Origin: Octopus vulgaris
Taxonomy: Eukaryota
Assembly (NCBI GenBank): GCA_951406725.2
Contig: OX597814.1
Location: 102,610,001-102,674,000 of the forward strand
Length of the DNA: 64,000 nt
Direction of reading: 5' to 3'
The stretch's first letter is position 1. Each line of letters starts with the position of its first letter. The position numbers and the translations under genes were made by a program. The notes under the pieces are model-generated. The model saw only the letters and a list, made by a program, of their open reading frames with translations. It searched no databases and had not been told where the DNA came from. Below, piece after piece: positions 13,600 through 28,240 of the stretch.

Positions 13600-16000
13600 A
13601 ACCACTTGTTTTTCGTTGTTAATATAAGCATATTAGTTCTCAAAATACTTTATGTATTTGTATACATGCAATTTCTGTTATAATGAACAAACTTTAAATA
13701 AAGCACGGTGTAAAATATAATTTATAAGATACAAAGTATTTTTTTTTTCATTATAACACAGTGATGATAAAGTGGGGAATATCTGATGGATTGTGCCTTC
13801 ATGTTAGTATAATTGTAAGGTAGCAAGTATGTATTGTGGCATTATTCTATGGCTGAAAGTAATGTATAAAACTTGAGCATTAGTATACGGTTTACCCAAG
13901 TGTTAAAAATGTAGCGATTTTAGTGGTGTCTATGCTGGGGTTCATATTGGAGTTTATATATTTAAGTTGAGTGGAAGTCATTGTTGTATTATTATGGTCT
14001 TGTGCGGGAGTTTTCATATATAGTTCTTCAGATGAGTGACTGCTGTTGGTGGGAAACGTTTAGGAGATTATGACGTTTGAATGTGGTGTAACGAAATGCT
14101 TAAGCTACTGTTGTGCTGCTTTGTGTTGCAGCGGATGATTGACTGGGGGAAAAGGCAATAGGTTGGAGAAAATATCCAAGGTAACCAGGTTGGATTTGTG
14201 GTTCGGTTGGGATCTGGATATGTTCGAATTTATGTAATTTAAAGTGCTTTGTTTGCAGGCAAGGGGTGGGGAAATGTTTCTTTCTTTATATTGACTGAGT
14301 TTACTGGCAAGGTGGTGTGGCGGACAACCCCAAGTGAGAAGTGGGCTGTTCCACTACTGATAAATAGTGGACAGACACAGCAAGCAGCGTCAGTCAGCGC
14401 GGTACGCTGTACGGGCCAGTCACGCAGACGACGAAGTTACGTCGTCATAATGCGGGACATATCAATGGTAACGAAGAGTCGAACTACACGCAGTGGCAGA
14501 TAAGTCTAACACAACTGAACTACACACAGTGAAAAATAATATAAATGCGTTTGTAGGATTTCTTTCAGGTCACTATGTGTTAGTAGCGTTACAGGTAAAC
14601 AATGTAGACTGGTACTACCTGCGGCACTCTGAATAGAAAAATAATTCTGTGGGAGGAAAAAAATAATAAAGCCCTTGTGAAGGATTTAAGTCAAGCCGCT
14701 ATGTGTTCGTGACGCTACCGGTAAACAATGTAGGCTGCTCCTACCTGCGGTATTCTGAATAAAAAAAATTCTGAGTGAGGAAGAAAAAGAAATGGAAAAA
14801 AAATAATGTTGTGTGAAAAAAAATCTCAAAGGGGTGGTGTTCTGGCGGATAAACCCAAGTGAGAAGTGGGCTATTCCACTACTGATAAGTAATGGAGAGA
14901 TACAGCAAGCAGTGTCAGTCAGCGAGGTATGCTGGACGAGCCAGTCACGCAGATAACGAAGTTACATCGTCATAATGTGAGACATATGACAAGGTCAATA
15001 TGGTTAAACAGAAGTTGTACTTGCTGTGTCGTCTATTATATTTCTTGGTTTTAGTAACAGTGTTCTAGATTAGAGTTGAATTATCCACACTTGCGCCCTT
15101 TAAATTCCATAAAAATTTGGATAGTGATTTAACATTCTTCTTGCCTCTACATCTGAATAAAACCGTACGCTGTGTGAAGCTTTCTTTAAATGTATTTTCC
15201 CTACGGGTCCATTGCAGGTCTTTGTTTTGCCATCTATTTCAGAGATGTCACTTCTATGTCCCAGTACTTTTTCAAGGCATTCGTTGTTCAGAGTTTTTTG
15301 CAGGATCCACGGTTGTATAGTTGTAATGTGTTGTTACTTGATTTGGGTTTTTTTTTGTGTTCAAATATGTGTGAACCTATGTTTGGAGGACAACTATAAC
15401 TAACTTCGATAGTGTTTCCTTTGAATATTTTGTGATATGTGATTATGAGAAGGGACTATCAACAAATGAGAGAACGTGCGTAGCCAAGTTTGTTGCATAT
15501 TTATACTATAGGGTGGATTGAACCACGGGATTTTCCTACTCTTACGTCTGTATGGTCTAGCTGGAGTGGATTTGGTATTGATTGATGATGTTTTCCTGAA
15601 AAATTGGACTTCACTAGTGCATTATTGCAGTACGAAGCAGCTTTATTGAGGGTTATTTCATCTGAAGATTGGCTAGCGATATGTCTACTAATGCTATTTG
15701 TAATTTATTTGGTTACTGAGGGTGGGCGATTTGAGATCCTTTTAACGTAAGTTGTTGCTTCGGTTTAAGGAAGTGTCAGCATTTATCTGTGTTAAGGGTC
15801 ATGTTAATATTTAGGCAATTGATAGTTTTGCGGTTGGCGTTGACTATGATTTTTAGGTTGTGTAAATGTCTTAGTTAGATTTTTCCTAATGATGTCCGTT
15901 TCCTGTCCATTTTTTGCTATGTGTCACTCTTAGTTCGTCTTCATACATTGGCACCCTTTACTTCTTTGCTAAGCTTATTTGGATAAATAGTCCAACTAGA
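13600..16000 (-). mobile_element. Degraded Penelope-like element (RT + GIY-YIG relic)
   Basis: Minus-strand remnants: HNLKIIVNANRKTINCLNINMTLNT, SNRPPS, and an LC.NEK-like GIY-YIG C-terminus; many lesions. Confidence 0.6.
14311..14987. mobile_element. Non-coding insertion with ~155-bp direct terminal repeats nested in the Penelope relic
   Basis: 14311-14462 ~ 14833-14987; possible TSD TGGCAAGGT/TGACAAGGT; internal ~110-bp duplication. Confidence 0.65.
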
Positions 16001-17080
16001 TCTGGAATCTCGGTCCTGTCATAGCTCACCATCCCGCCATAAAAGAATTCATCGCCGATTTTATTTGCCCGATCGGAATTGTTGTGAAATATCAACTATT
16101 TTCATGCATTCATGATAATATTAATTTCCGAAGCGGTGAGAGGGAGCGAGTGGGTGAGAGAGAGAGAGAGAGAAAGAGAGAAAAGAGAGAGAGAGAGATA
16201 ACCATTGTAAATATTTTTCTTTAGAAACTTAATATTTATCTTATCGCTTGCATAAGCAACGATAAATTTAATAACAGTTGAATTGTAATAATTCCTGGTA
16301 TTACCCATGGCGGAACAAAAACTACCCATTCTATACATATATATATTATATTATATTATATATACACTCACACACGCACTCACGCTCACTCCCTACACAT
16401 AGGCACATATGTATGCATGTCTGTCAGAGTAAATATAAGAGGGGGAAAGAATCCATTTGGCGTTGTTTGAAGGCAAACGATAATTGATGAACCACTTATA
16501 ATCTGCTTGTTAAATAGTTTTTGTTTATATGTGTACGCGCGTGAGTATGCACCCCCACTTGTAATGTGTGTGTGTAAGTTTTATTATGTGAATATATGCG
16601 TATGTGTATTATATAACAAGATAATACCAGTTACTAATAGCATTTTCTATTTGGAATCCAAACTAACCGGATATTCATGCCAAGCCATGCCAATATCTAT
16701 AAACTACTTCCGTTTTCATAGCTACACAATGAGATGCTAAAATATAGACATGAAAACAAAATAAGGTATATATAAAAAATATTATAAAAAAAGCAACTTT
16801 ATAAAAGGAATGTTGCTTGTATTATTTTCACAATCATCGGAGCATACTTGGTTATGAGCAGAAATGTGAATGATGTTGAAATCTATGTACGTATATCCTC
16901 CTCCCTGGCTATTTTTTTTTATGTATTTAATTTGGTTTTGAAAACCACTTAAAACACCACTGCATCAAACACGTGCATGACACAAGTTCATTTCCGGGCC
17001 TGATTTGACGCAATCTCCTGTTTTAGAGATATTTCTAAAGATGGGCTGGAAGTACCGTACGGCCGGCCAACCTGTAAGCT

Positions 17081-17114
17081 TCACAAAGTCACATTGACGG
17101 TTTTACATCCACGA
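17081..17114 (-). CDS. Candidate terminal coding exon of an unidentified host gene
   Basis: Strong acceptor (T-tract...TTTTTCTCAG|); gives a short open C-terminus in either phase offered by the 30321-30387 exon; followed by AT-rich UTR-like sequence. Confidence 0.35.
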
Positions 17115-20100
17115 CTGAGAAAAATACGAGAACCAAAAAAAAAAATAATAATAAATAACATAGAGTAACGATATTTTTCAATGCAACACTGATTATAAAA
17201 ACCGTTTTTTTCCCCTTTTTTGTTTTTAGTGATATGCTGCTATGGTTCAAGCTATAAATTAAAAGATGAATCCGGTTTATGATGCCTTTTGTTGAAATGG
17301 CTGCCTAAAGAAAACAATAGAAAAAAGAAGTCGCTATCATATCGACTTAGTCTTTTCGAGTGACTGCTTAATGTTTTTGGTTATAAATTCTAGATAAGGC
17401 TTAGGTGTTCTGTAATAAAATACTTGCCAACTATTTTATAATCATACTTTAAACATACTTCAGATATATATATTATATTAAACTCCTCAAATTATAAAAA
17501 AAGAACCCCAGAAAACAAACGGTTTCATGGTAACCAGTTACACTTATAAAAGTCGACAAGTATAATCGCGAAAATCAAATAACTAGTTATATTGGTTTAT
17601 AATACTGGATTAACAATCTACCAAGATTTCATGCTGGCTAATAAATGTCAATCTCTCTGAATATCGTAAACTGTAATTTTTTATTTTCATTTTTTATAAA
17701 TCAGTAAAGATGTTATGATCTCCTTGTAATAAATCTAATCGAGTCACCACCGGGAAAAAACAAAAAGCAAATCTTATTTCAAGGCTTCCTCAAAGACGAA
17801 GGAATGTATAATCAAACCATATCCACACTTTGCTTTTAAATTAAAGAAAGTGTTGTTAAAGCACATAAAATTTTAGAATAAGATAGAACTAAAGTGGATA
17901 CACGTTAAAATGAGGAGCTATGGAGTCAGTTTGTTCGAATTTTCTTGGTAACAAGTTAATTAAGTAATCCAGTCGTCTACAATAACAATGGTTATAGAGT
18001 ATTGTCTAATTGTAGTCGATTCGCTGTAAGACTTTACATTGTCGAATACACTGCGGGTATCTTGAAAACATTGTAACCCGACTGCTTTCATTATCTTTTT
18101 AGAAGAATGCATTGGAGATGGTGTACTTTCTCTACCCTAAACTGACTTGAATATAACATATGTTATTCCCTTAATCTTCGCACCATAAGTAGCCTCTGAA
18201 ATTTGCATTCATTCAATAAATCTCTTATATGGTTCATTTTACGACACTGAAGCTGGCGAGTTTAGCAGTTTTCAGAACCAAATTCGTTTTCTTAATGCGT
18301 TTTCCCGCTTCTTTGATTTTGGTTCATTTTAGAAACTTCACATATTACATGATCTTGAAATGATTTTTTGTGTTCATTTATTTCGATCCTTTTTACCTCG
18401 GTGAGGTGCATTGATCCCATCGCTAAAAACGTTTCTACTGCTCTGAAGAGACTCATGAACTGAACAAATCTTCCGTTGATAACATTATTTCAATGACACA
18501 CTGAGTAGAGACTCTTATTTAACCCCTGTTCTATTTAATGACAGGAAACGAGGAATGAAAGCTAAGTCAAATTGTTATAATAAAGAGATCTCAATTAAAA
18601 ATGTTACACTTAAATTTCTTTTCTAACTGTAAGATTTTTTACGTATCATTAACGAAAGTTATAAGGTGTATGCATGCTAGCTTCTTGAAATTTAGTTATG
18701 ACTGGGAAAATATGCATATTTAAAGGATCTGTAGCGTACACTCGAGTGAAATAACCTCTCCCCTTTATTATGTATGCATATATTTGAACGTAGCAGATAA
18801 CAGCTAGCCTTTGACCGCTATTTGGACCCCGTTGTGTTCATTACCCTGATTGGTTGGTATTGGCGCAATTTGCCACTTACTCTGTCGCGCCAATAAGCAG
18901 CAATCGAAGTCTTTATATAAGATCACGTGAGACAGCCTTTTCATAATCCCATTTGAGTCTATTGTCCCTCATTAAAACTCACCTTCTCGTCTCGAAGTCT
19001 TTGCTTCCAGACCTTTTAAGGTCTAGCCACTGACCACATAAGACACAGCCAATTCCAGCGACAACGCCAGACGCCCAGGTTTCAACACAGCACTGTTCGG
19101 TAATTACTTTACCCTGGATCAACAGCAAATATACAACCTGTGAGCCAGACGACAACACTCATCCAACAGCATTACGGCAATCTCTTTCTTCGTCGCTACC
19201 ATCATCTTCTTAACGTCGTCAACAACAACATCTCTACGTACACAGCAACCAATAACTAGCACAGGTTCTAACATCGCACTGTTTGTGAATTACTTCACCA
19301 TGGTTGACAGCGAATATACAACATGCGAGAACTCCTGTACAAGTGACCCAGGCAGCAGCATTACAGCCACAACTTCACACGACACATACAGCAACCGGCT
19401 CTGCATCATCGCCGCAAATTCTTGATACAGTATTTCAACTACAGTGTACAATTGACTACGAACTGGTATCTCTCATTCTTGTGTCAATGAACATTCGTCT
19501 AACTTCTCATTGTAAACTATTTCACTGTTTCTCCTTCATTGTTATTCTTACATGTACTTAACGCACACGCATATATACATTCATATACACACACTTTGTT
19601 CTCATCACGGCCTGTCTATTATTCTGTATACATGACGTACACAGAGATACATACGTTAAGCTATCAGCCTTTTAGCTGTGTAACGGGAGACGTAAAGTCC
19701 TGCAGCTGGAGAGACGATTTCTGGTCCGATCCAAAATTCCAAACAATTTAATACACTTAACTGGATGGTGGAAAAAATTGCATTCAGTATCATGCCGGTG
19801 TGTAACACCGACAAGGTTCCTCCGATTAGTGAAAATCTGGCGCATATGAGCAGTGCGACAGGTTGGCCACTTTTTGTCAAATATTCTTTAATTTTTTTTT
19901 TTTTTTTTTTTGGTACAAGCCTGACTGTCATTGATGGATCAAATATTGTTTCGAGGCTTTACGTTGTACGTGATACCGAATATTAAAAACTTTGACTCTC
20001 ATATGCCCCATCAGAAGGTTGTGACGGTATATTTGCATAACCAATATGACTCTCCACTGAATCGTCTCATAATTCATTAAGATATCTTATTGAGAGCCTC

Positions 20101-21447
20101 AGACAAAACGAGAAATGAGGCTCAGGAGCCAACATGTTTAAGCATGATTTTTGGTTTATTTTTAAGACTTGTAGTGGTCTATGTAGCTAAATAGTTCAAT
20201 GATCTCCCGTGCAAGAAGAATTATAAAGTAACCCCTTTTTACTAAGTTTCTCGAAGTATCTGAGACGTAATTCTTAATTATTTAAGAAGCTTAGCGCTTC
20301 TCTTGGAAGTTTCTAGAATGTCTAGCGTTCCATTAATAGAAACATCTTTCTAACCCTGCTCTTTGCTTCTTAGTCGATTAGACTTAGAGCGATTCACGTC
20401 ATTGCTATGTCCATCTATTTCTCTACGCCACATAACTGAAATCCACCACTTAGCTGTTATTTCTATATTTCCTATCTCTGAATTTTCTTGAATTTTCATT
20501 CAACTAGATTCTACATGTTGATTATGTATCATCATCGACCAGTAGATAAAAAATATTTTTAATGTAGTAAATATATAGTTCTTGAATTTATTCTTCATCG
20601 CTATATGAACTCTAGTAATAATATACACGCAGCAACATCAACATCTGGTACTGAATATATATTCCCACTACAAACTGAATCTATCGAAACTGATTCGTGC
20701 AAGCCTGTAATCTGATTCAACAACTTGTATTGTTTGAAAAAGATTAATCACTCCTTAAATGAGTACATCTGATCTGTCAAGGTGAAACTGTTAATTAGCC
20801 TATAACTATGGAGATATTTCCTTTGCTCACCTTTCGAAAGATGAATTGTTTAGTTCCTCTTACCTAAGACAGGGTGTTATCCGAATTGTTATATAGGAAG
20901 TAAGCCAATTTATGAAAGAATTCAGTCAGAAATTTTGGAATTTTATCCCCAAGACTTTCATTTATGCAACTTACATATAAACATTTTTGGAATCTTGCCA
21001 GTTTAATATCATTTTAATTCTGTTTTATCGTCGTAGTTGCATTATATATGTTGACTTTTACAGTACTCATACTCCCTCGTACCCTGCGTTAATTTAACTT
21101 TCTGAATGGTCAAGCTCTGAGAGCGTATGAAAAAGGCATGTCCACACAAAATCAGTTTTCTGTGCAATAAATATAAGACAGTTTCAGGTCTGCAAGGTTA
21201 CCTGAAAGACAGACAGGAAAATATAACAACATTAACACAAATAAACAAAGAAAGAAATGACAGCGAGAAGGGGAGGGAGGAGAGATAATAGGAAGTCAAT
21301 ATTTAAACAATTTGTACAGAGATAGATGGAGTGATGGAGTAAAGAAAATGTCGAGAACAGGAGGATGTATGCATGTATGTATGTATGTATGTATGTATGT
21401 ATGTATGTATGCATGCATGCATGCATGCATGCATGTATGTATGTATA

Positions 21448-22369
21448 CTAGACTACCCGTGACCAGTTGGGTCACCGGAAAAGTTTGAGTTTCCCAGCAA
21501 CGGAGCTTTGTTTCGTGCTTTTTTTATCTTTTCCAGGTTATTTCGCATGCTTTCAACGAAAGTGACATCGAAATCACGCATAAACGGCTCCTTTCCCCAG
21601 AAAAGGAAAGATTTGGCTGTTATTTCTTGCACGCCCTACTACCACGTAACAGGAATTTCGGGTCCTTTATTGCAAATAGCAGTTACGTGGTAGCAAGACG
21701 TGCTAGAAATTGCAGCCAAATCTTTGGAGGTGAGATACGTTGAATTCACTTGGAAAAAACCTATGGAAAAAAATAAACTATTTCACACCGAGGTTACAAA
21801 CGGGTCTTTTATGAAATATTTGCCATATTTTTAAAGTCATTTTCACTTTAAAATATATTTTAAATATGCCCAAAAAATTTTTGTAATGGTATTCACTTGA
21901 AAATAATTTTAAAAACATTAAAATATTGTCGGTCTAAAGAAAGCTAAAATATAAATACTTACTGCACAAACAGCTTAGATTTTTGAAATCACATTCACTT
22001 AAAAATATTTCTACGTGATTAAAATATTGTGTTTAATAAAAGCGAAAATAGAAACATTTACAGTAAAAAAAACTCGTAGTTGTTCGTTGTCAAGTTACTG
22101 TGTCTAATAGACAGACAGGTTTCTTCTCTTTCAGGATGAAGTTTATTTTCGGGATATTTTCCCATTATGTACCGTTTTGGGTATCTATACTCGAAAACCT
22201 CTAACATCTTCAAAACCGCTTGTTCGATTTACGCGAAACTTGTTTTTCCCGTTTGTATTAAAATTTTACGGTAAACTTAATTCATAGTATTTTCCCATTA
22301 TGCGCCAGTTTGGCTGGGTAACATTGCAAGCAAGCAAGCAAGCAAGATTCAAACTGATTTTTAATGTAT

Positions 22370-22374
<5 letters not shown>
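21448..22374 (-). mobile_element. Helitron-like unit (same family as 3451-5213)
   Basis: Reverse-colinear; minus-strand 3' end GGTGACCCAACTGGTCACGGGTAGTCTAG|T (hairpin + CTAG). Confidence 0.7.
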
Positions 22375-22419
<45 letters not shown>

Positions 22420-23299
22420 TTTGTAACAAAGTAAGTAAACTTTCGCGGAAGCGCAATCTTTTTGAGGAATTGGTCTCAAGCTGCATGGGTTCTTCGATAA
22501 TAACATGAAGGCCTTGAATGTAGTAACAATGAAGAACGTATATTTACAGTAGGAGGAAGAGGTTTTTTAATTCACGGTTAGAGTCTCGACTGAGAGTTAA
22601 TTTCTCTCCTCTATCTCAAATTGGTTCTTACAAATTTCTTACAGACTTTGTAATGAGAATCATGGTAGTTAATTCATTCATAATTTAAACCATTGGAAGA
22701 AAATTTTCTCCTTTGCTTTTTCCTAGTAATGTATCTGTTGCTAGCGCGGCAATTATTTTACGGGTAAAATAATATCATTATAGAGCGTAACATTACTGTG
22801 AAATGTAATGAATAAAAAAACAGAAAGCTATCCGGCACATTAAAACAATTTATTTTGCTATAACATGGCGACAACTTGAGAGGAGAGGACAGATTGTAAC
22901 AAAAGAATGTTTTTATATCACAGCAACGCGTGACCTCAAATGAAATTTTCGCCATTGTAACAAAAAAGATGTTGCTTAACAACAATACATCTCTCTCAAG
23001 TTGACGCAGTTTTATAGCAAAATAAATTTAATGTACTGGATGACTCTTTTATTTATTAATTTAATCATTTGATGATATTTTTACGCTCCATAATTTTATA
23101 TGAATTACAAATATTCGTTGAGCCAGCGAATTTCTTTTTGTAACACAAAAAGAAATTAAAGAAATTTTTCTTCAACTATGAACGAATTAATTGCTAAAAT
23201 TTCCAGCAGCGAGTCCATTCGTGCTCGAGACTCGAATTACTTATTTTTTTAAGACTCATATAACACAGAATTATTAGATCACTAATAATTTTTTCCAAC

Positions 23300-23438
23300 T
23301 TTAGCACAAGGTCAGCAGTTTTGGAGGGAGGGGTAACTCGATTACATCGACTCAAATACTTGACTGGTACTTATTTTATTGACACCAAACTCAGAACATT
23401 TTGTCCCACGCGTAACGATTCTGCCCGATCGCCGCCTC
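23300..23438 (-). mobile_element. Internally deleted SINE (family A)
   Basis: GACTGGTACTTATTTTAT and TAACGATTCTGCC...CGCCGCC segments. Confidence 0.65.
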
Positions 23439-23727
23439 CGTATGATCACTTCTGGTATATTAACTTTGGAAAGAGCAAAATATAAGAAACTCCGTCTGAC
23501 GCGATTAATTCGTTCTTTGATATCTCTGCACTTATCAAATCTGTGATGATTCAATATATTTGAGCTGCGGTCAAAAAGAAACTGAACATTTGAAATAGCG
23601 TCGTGTCAATCAGTGAGTGTAACGTATTCGCATCTGTAGTGCTGTGTATGGGGAACTTTGACCTTCAGTCTAATAATAACCACATCGCCAATAATAACCA
23701 CTACGTCACCAAGTCAACGACTAGAAA

Positions 23728-23766
<39 letters not shown>

Positions 23767-23782
23767 ATATATATATATATAT

Positions 23783-24051
23783 ATATCAAAAGGACTGAGA
23801 TATATTTAAATATTACAAAAGCACATTTATACAAATTAAACTATGCACTACAATGACACCCTAATTTAGGACCACTTCATATATACACATAGTAGACTGA
23901 ATGCATGGTTCAGTGCACTTTGGCAGTTCAAGAACTTAGCTGAATAGTTACTATATGAAGTGGTCCTAAATTAGGCTGTGATGGTAGTGGATAGTCTAAT
24001 TTGTATAAATGTGCTTTTGTAATATTTAAATATATTTCGATCCTTCTGATA
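23783..24051. repeat. Inverted repeat (~100-bp arms) next to (TA)n
   Basis: ATATTTAAATATTACAAAAGCACATTTATACAAATT...CCTAATTTAGGACCACTTCATAT and its reverse complement. Confidence 0.85.
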
Positions 24052-25115
24052 TGGGTACTATGCTGTATATAAAATATCTATTGTTTATTTGATGAAGAGT
24101 CAACTCCCAGTCCTCCAGAGACAATAAAGCGCGTGCCGGTCAAATACTAGACAGATTCAATTGCGAACAATATTTTCCCTTCAACTGACGTGAAAAATCC
24201 CTCGTAACAATCTGCCCCCTTGAACTGATGTGAAGAATATTTGTTGTTGTTATTTAACTACTGGTCCGCCTTGATCATGCTCAAAGATGTTCTAACCATG
24301 ACCATCTTGTGGTAGATTCAGACATTTCGTATCTATAACTACGCTATGTGACCTGAAAGTATTATTTGACGGGTATTTGGTTACTATTAGTAGAAGCATT
24401 ATGTACTGGTAAAAGACGGTGGAAATGGGAGTATGTAGTAGATGGGCACAGGATACATGCATGTTTTTACATTATGAGCTATGTTGATGCAGTCACACGG
24501 TCTGTATGTTTAGGTTTGCAGAAGACCATCTCCGCATGATGGGTTGTCAGAAAGAACGATTCTGTATTTTTTAATTGTACGAAAGATCAGGTTGGTGCAT
24601 GTAGTATAAAATAAGCAAACTTGCGAATGTTCAACCATATTTTATTGATAGAAAACTGTTCATGTTAATACGCAAGTTATCACTGATTCACTGATTATCA
24701 GAATAGCAAATAGGGAAAGATTTACTGCGTTAGCGTAGACATTAACTGTGTGGAAAAGAGAAAAACGCAGATACAAAATCCGCCACTCATTGTTGAAGTT
24801 TGAAGAAGAGGACCGCAATATTTTTTGTCTGAATGCTAGCTGCAGTCTGTAGTGATTTAGGTGCCAAACTGTTTAACTTGGGTAAAAGGGCATGAATCTC
24901 GAGAATATTCGAGAAGCCGCCTACGCCACAGCTTCAAGCTGATTGGTAAATTTTTAGATCAGTCACATGAAACTGTTATGGCTTACTCATGATCGCGAAC
25001 TGATGATTCCGTGGTTTGTGTTCGAATCCCTACAATACCAACATCAGCTATATAGATGCCAATGCTACCAATATATTTGCAAGTTTCTCGAGAACAACAT
25101 TTACCGAACAGTGTA

Positions 25116-25329
25116 TGAGGGGATGCTGAAAAGTCCCTGGCTGTGAGTAAAAGAAAATACCGGAGGATCAGTTAATTATGATTTTATTCAACATATTCCC
25201 CTCTCAGATTCAAACACATGTAGCAGTCCTTCAGCTTTTCTAAGCCCTGTAAAAGAACAAGGATGGTTGGGCTTTCAAACAGGCCTTTCGCGATGCCCTT
25301 AAAACCAAGAATTTTTCAGCACCCCCTCG
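25116..25329 (-). mobile_element. Mariner-derived MITE (second copy of 1062-1277)
   Basis: TA-flanked TIRs; same interior in reverse. Confidence 0.85.
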
Positions 25330-25391
25330 TATTTTGCAGAAATATACCAATATTAACAAAAAGCGAAAACAAAAAAGGCAAAAAAAAAAAA

Positions 25392-26048
25392 GGAACTTTA
25401 CCTTTTGACCGACAGATTTAAAAAATAATTTTTTGTAACTAAACACTTTCAAACTTCGGACACTGGTAGAATGTCATATAAAACATCTTTTACTCTTAGC
25501 GTTTTTGAGAAAAGCTTATATTTAGGAAGTTATTTCACATTAAAGTTCTCGTATTTCAGTAATTTCAACCAATCAATGACGTGTATTCAGCTGAATAAAA
25601 TTACTGCCGATGTTTGTCAACAACAACTATCGGCGGTGTATTTTTCGTTTGTCACTGTTATTTATGACATCGTTCGTGCGTTTGTACTGGTTTTAGCTTT
25701 AGGGTTTTAGGGTTAGGGTTTTAGGGTTAAGGTTTTAGGGTTAGGGTTAGGGTGTTAGGGTTAGGGGTTGTCATAAATAACAGTGACAAACGAAATATAC
25801 ACCGCCAGAAGTTCTTGTTGACAAACAACAGCAGTAATTTTATTCAGCTGAATACACGTCATTGATTAGTTGAAACTACCGAAATAGGACAACTTTAACG
25901 TGAAATTACTTCGTTAATATAAGTTTTTCTCAAAAATGCTAAGAGTAAAAGATGTTTTGTATGACACATTCTACTAGTGTCCGAAGTTTGAAAGTGTTTA
26001 GTTACAAAAAATTATTTTTTAAATCTGTAGATCAAAAGGTAAAGATCC
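25392..26048. mobile_element. Foldback element with (TTAGGG)n centre
   Basis: ~280-bp inverted arms GGAACTTTACCTTTTGA...TCAAAAGGTAAAGATCC; telomere-like repeats at 25698-25768. Confidence 0.85.
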
Positions 26049-26668
26049 AAAAAGACAGCAAAACCATCAAACAACACAATCTTAAGTTTGTGTAACACTG
26101 TTGGCGAAGAAAAGAGGTTAAGTCGTACGTCAACTCATACAATGGGAACCAATAAATGATAAAAGAAGAGGCAGATTTCGTTGAACATATTATGTGGCAG
26201 TTACTCTTGGATACAAACTTTGAAATTTGATGGAGAAGAGGGTAACATGAAGGAAACTAGTCAGTGGGATCTGATTGCGTTTGACATGACATAACATATA
26301 TAAGTACCAGTAACATACTACTTTAATTCAAGCTTCTTCATGATATCCTTTATCTTTTTTTCTTTTATTCTTATTTACTGCCTTCTTTATCGGTATTTTG
26401 AATGATAAATACTAGTGAAATAATTGGCTAATTTCATCGACTGTACACTTCATTCCAAAATATTTGTGGTATTTTCTTCCATCTATCAATTTTCTGTATC
26501 TTTCCTTCTCCTCCCTTCTCTGCTTCTCTCTGTCTATTAATTTGTTTTCAATTTTTCCTCTCGTTCTCCCTTTCTCATTGTCTCTGTCAATCTATCTTTC
26601 TAATAAAGTTCTTTTATTCTCTTCACTTTCCATGTTCTTTTTGTCTTTTCTCTCCAGCATTTATTTAC

Positions 26669-26802
<134 letters not shown>

Positions 26803-28033
26803 GTGTCTGTGTGTGTCTTTTTTGTTGCTATTGTTAATACACAGTACTGACAACTTAATTATTAACCAGGCCGTTTTTGAAGTGGTAGCTACCTCCGTGT
26901 GCTCAGCCATAATTAACAGGTATATTTAATAATATTTCATGTAGAAACCTCTCATAGTTGACATAGTCACTCCATTTTAGTTATCGCTTCTTTAATGATT
27001 GGCCAATATTGTTACTTCAACAGATTTCAGTAGTGAACCGGTAAATGGGTTGGCGTTTAATTCACCAATTGACCCTCTATTCATAAATTGCATACTAGTT
27101 CCCGTGAATGAATGAATAAATAATGATTTTTAAGACTGAAACAAAACCACAAATTTGTGAGGAGGACAACACAGTCGATTAAATTAACTCCCATATTAGA
27201 CTGCTTTTATCGGTTTCGCTTTATCAGAGTTAGTGTGATTTTGAATTCAGTGCAAAAAGGGACATACCTGCAATACATCTTATCTGGCACCCCATCACTT
27301 CGTTATCCATCGCCCCTTCTCAGGCTAAAAATGTACGTATCCTTTGTGAATATTTCCATGCTGATCTCTTTTTGCAACACTTCATACTCTTTATTACAGG
27401 CGAGCATCCCAGAATTAGGTGACAGTAAAGTATGGGATTTGAAATCAGAACGTAGCTGCACATAACGAAATACTATTAGGCATTTTATTTTGTTTGATGT
27501 TGTATCCGATTCGGTCATTCACCTTCCTCTCAACAGACAAACAATGTAATAAAACAGGTTATTTCCTTCAAAGTAAAATGTATGAAACACGGTGTGTGTC
27601 TGGTAGTGAGTTTCAGCCTCCTCTCACCAGTTTATTACGTCTGTCATCATGACCTGTATCTACTCCATCACTAACAACTCTCTCTTCCTCCTTACATTCC
27701 TTTCTGCCGCCTGACCTCTCCAGCGTACCCATATTACAAAAACGTCCATCTCCTCCAGTCCAACCCTGCTATCTTCCTCATCTTTCCTGAACACCTCCTT
27801 TCTTTGGATGTAACCGCAACCTGGATGAGCTGCTGATCTATATAGTTCTTTCATCCTCTCGCTGCACCCGATCTGGATATTTTATCTGCTTCCGCTCTCA
27901 CTATAAAACCTATCCTTTCGTCTAGAACTTCTCTACCTACACGGACCTAGGTCCATGTCACGTATCTTCATGACGTGGACCTAGATTCACTTCGCTTCAC
28001 TTGCACCACCAAAAATGTCATCAACTGCATTAC

Positions 28034-28240
28034 CGTATTTTCCAGTATGCAGGTCAATGTAGTATATATTATAAGCATATAGTGTAAACATTCAAACATA
28101 ATCACTATCTTTCCAAAGCTGGTTGCATTTCGCATGGAATTTTTGGTCCCGCAAAGTCGTCATCTTGGTGTATAAGTCGACCTGCCTTTTTTGGCTGCAA
28201 TTTTTATCTGAAAACTCAACTTTTATGCTGGAACATACAG
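28034..28240. mobile_element. Tc2/pogo-type MITE
   Basis: TA|CCGTATTTTCCAGTAT...ATGCTGGAACATACAG|TA imperfect TIRs; GTATAAGTCGAC subterminal motif. Confidence 0.55.

Noticed and set aside
17500-20500. Possible Gypsy pol and LTR remnants (YIPSSLRK-like on minus; TATA/ATTAAA at 18910-18980)
   Set aside because: Too degraded; no paired LTRs or catalytic motifs could be confirmed by eye
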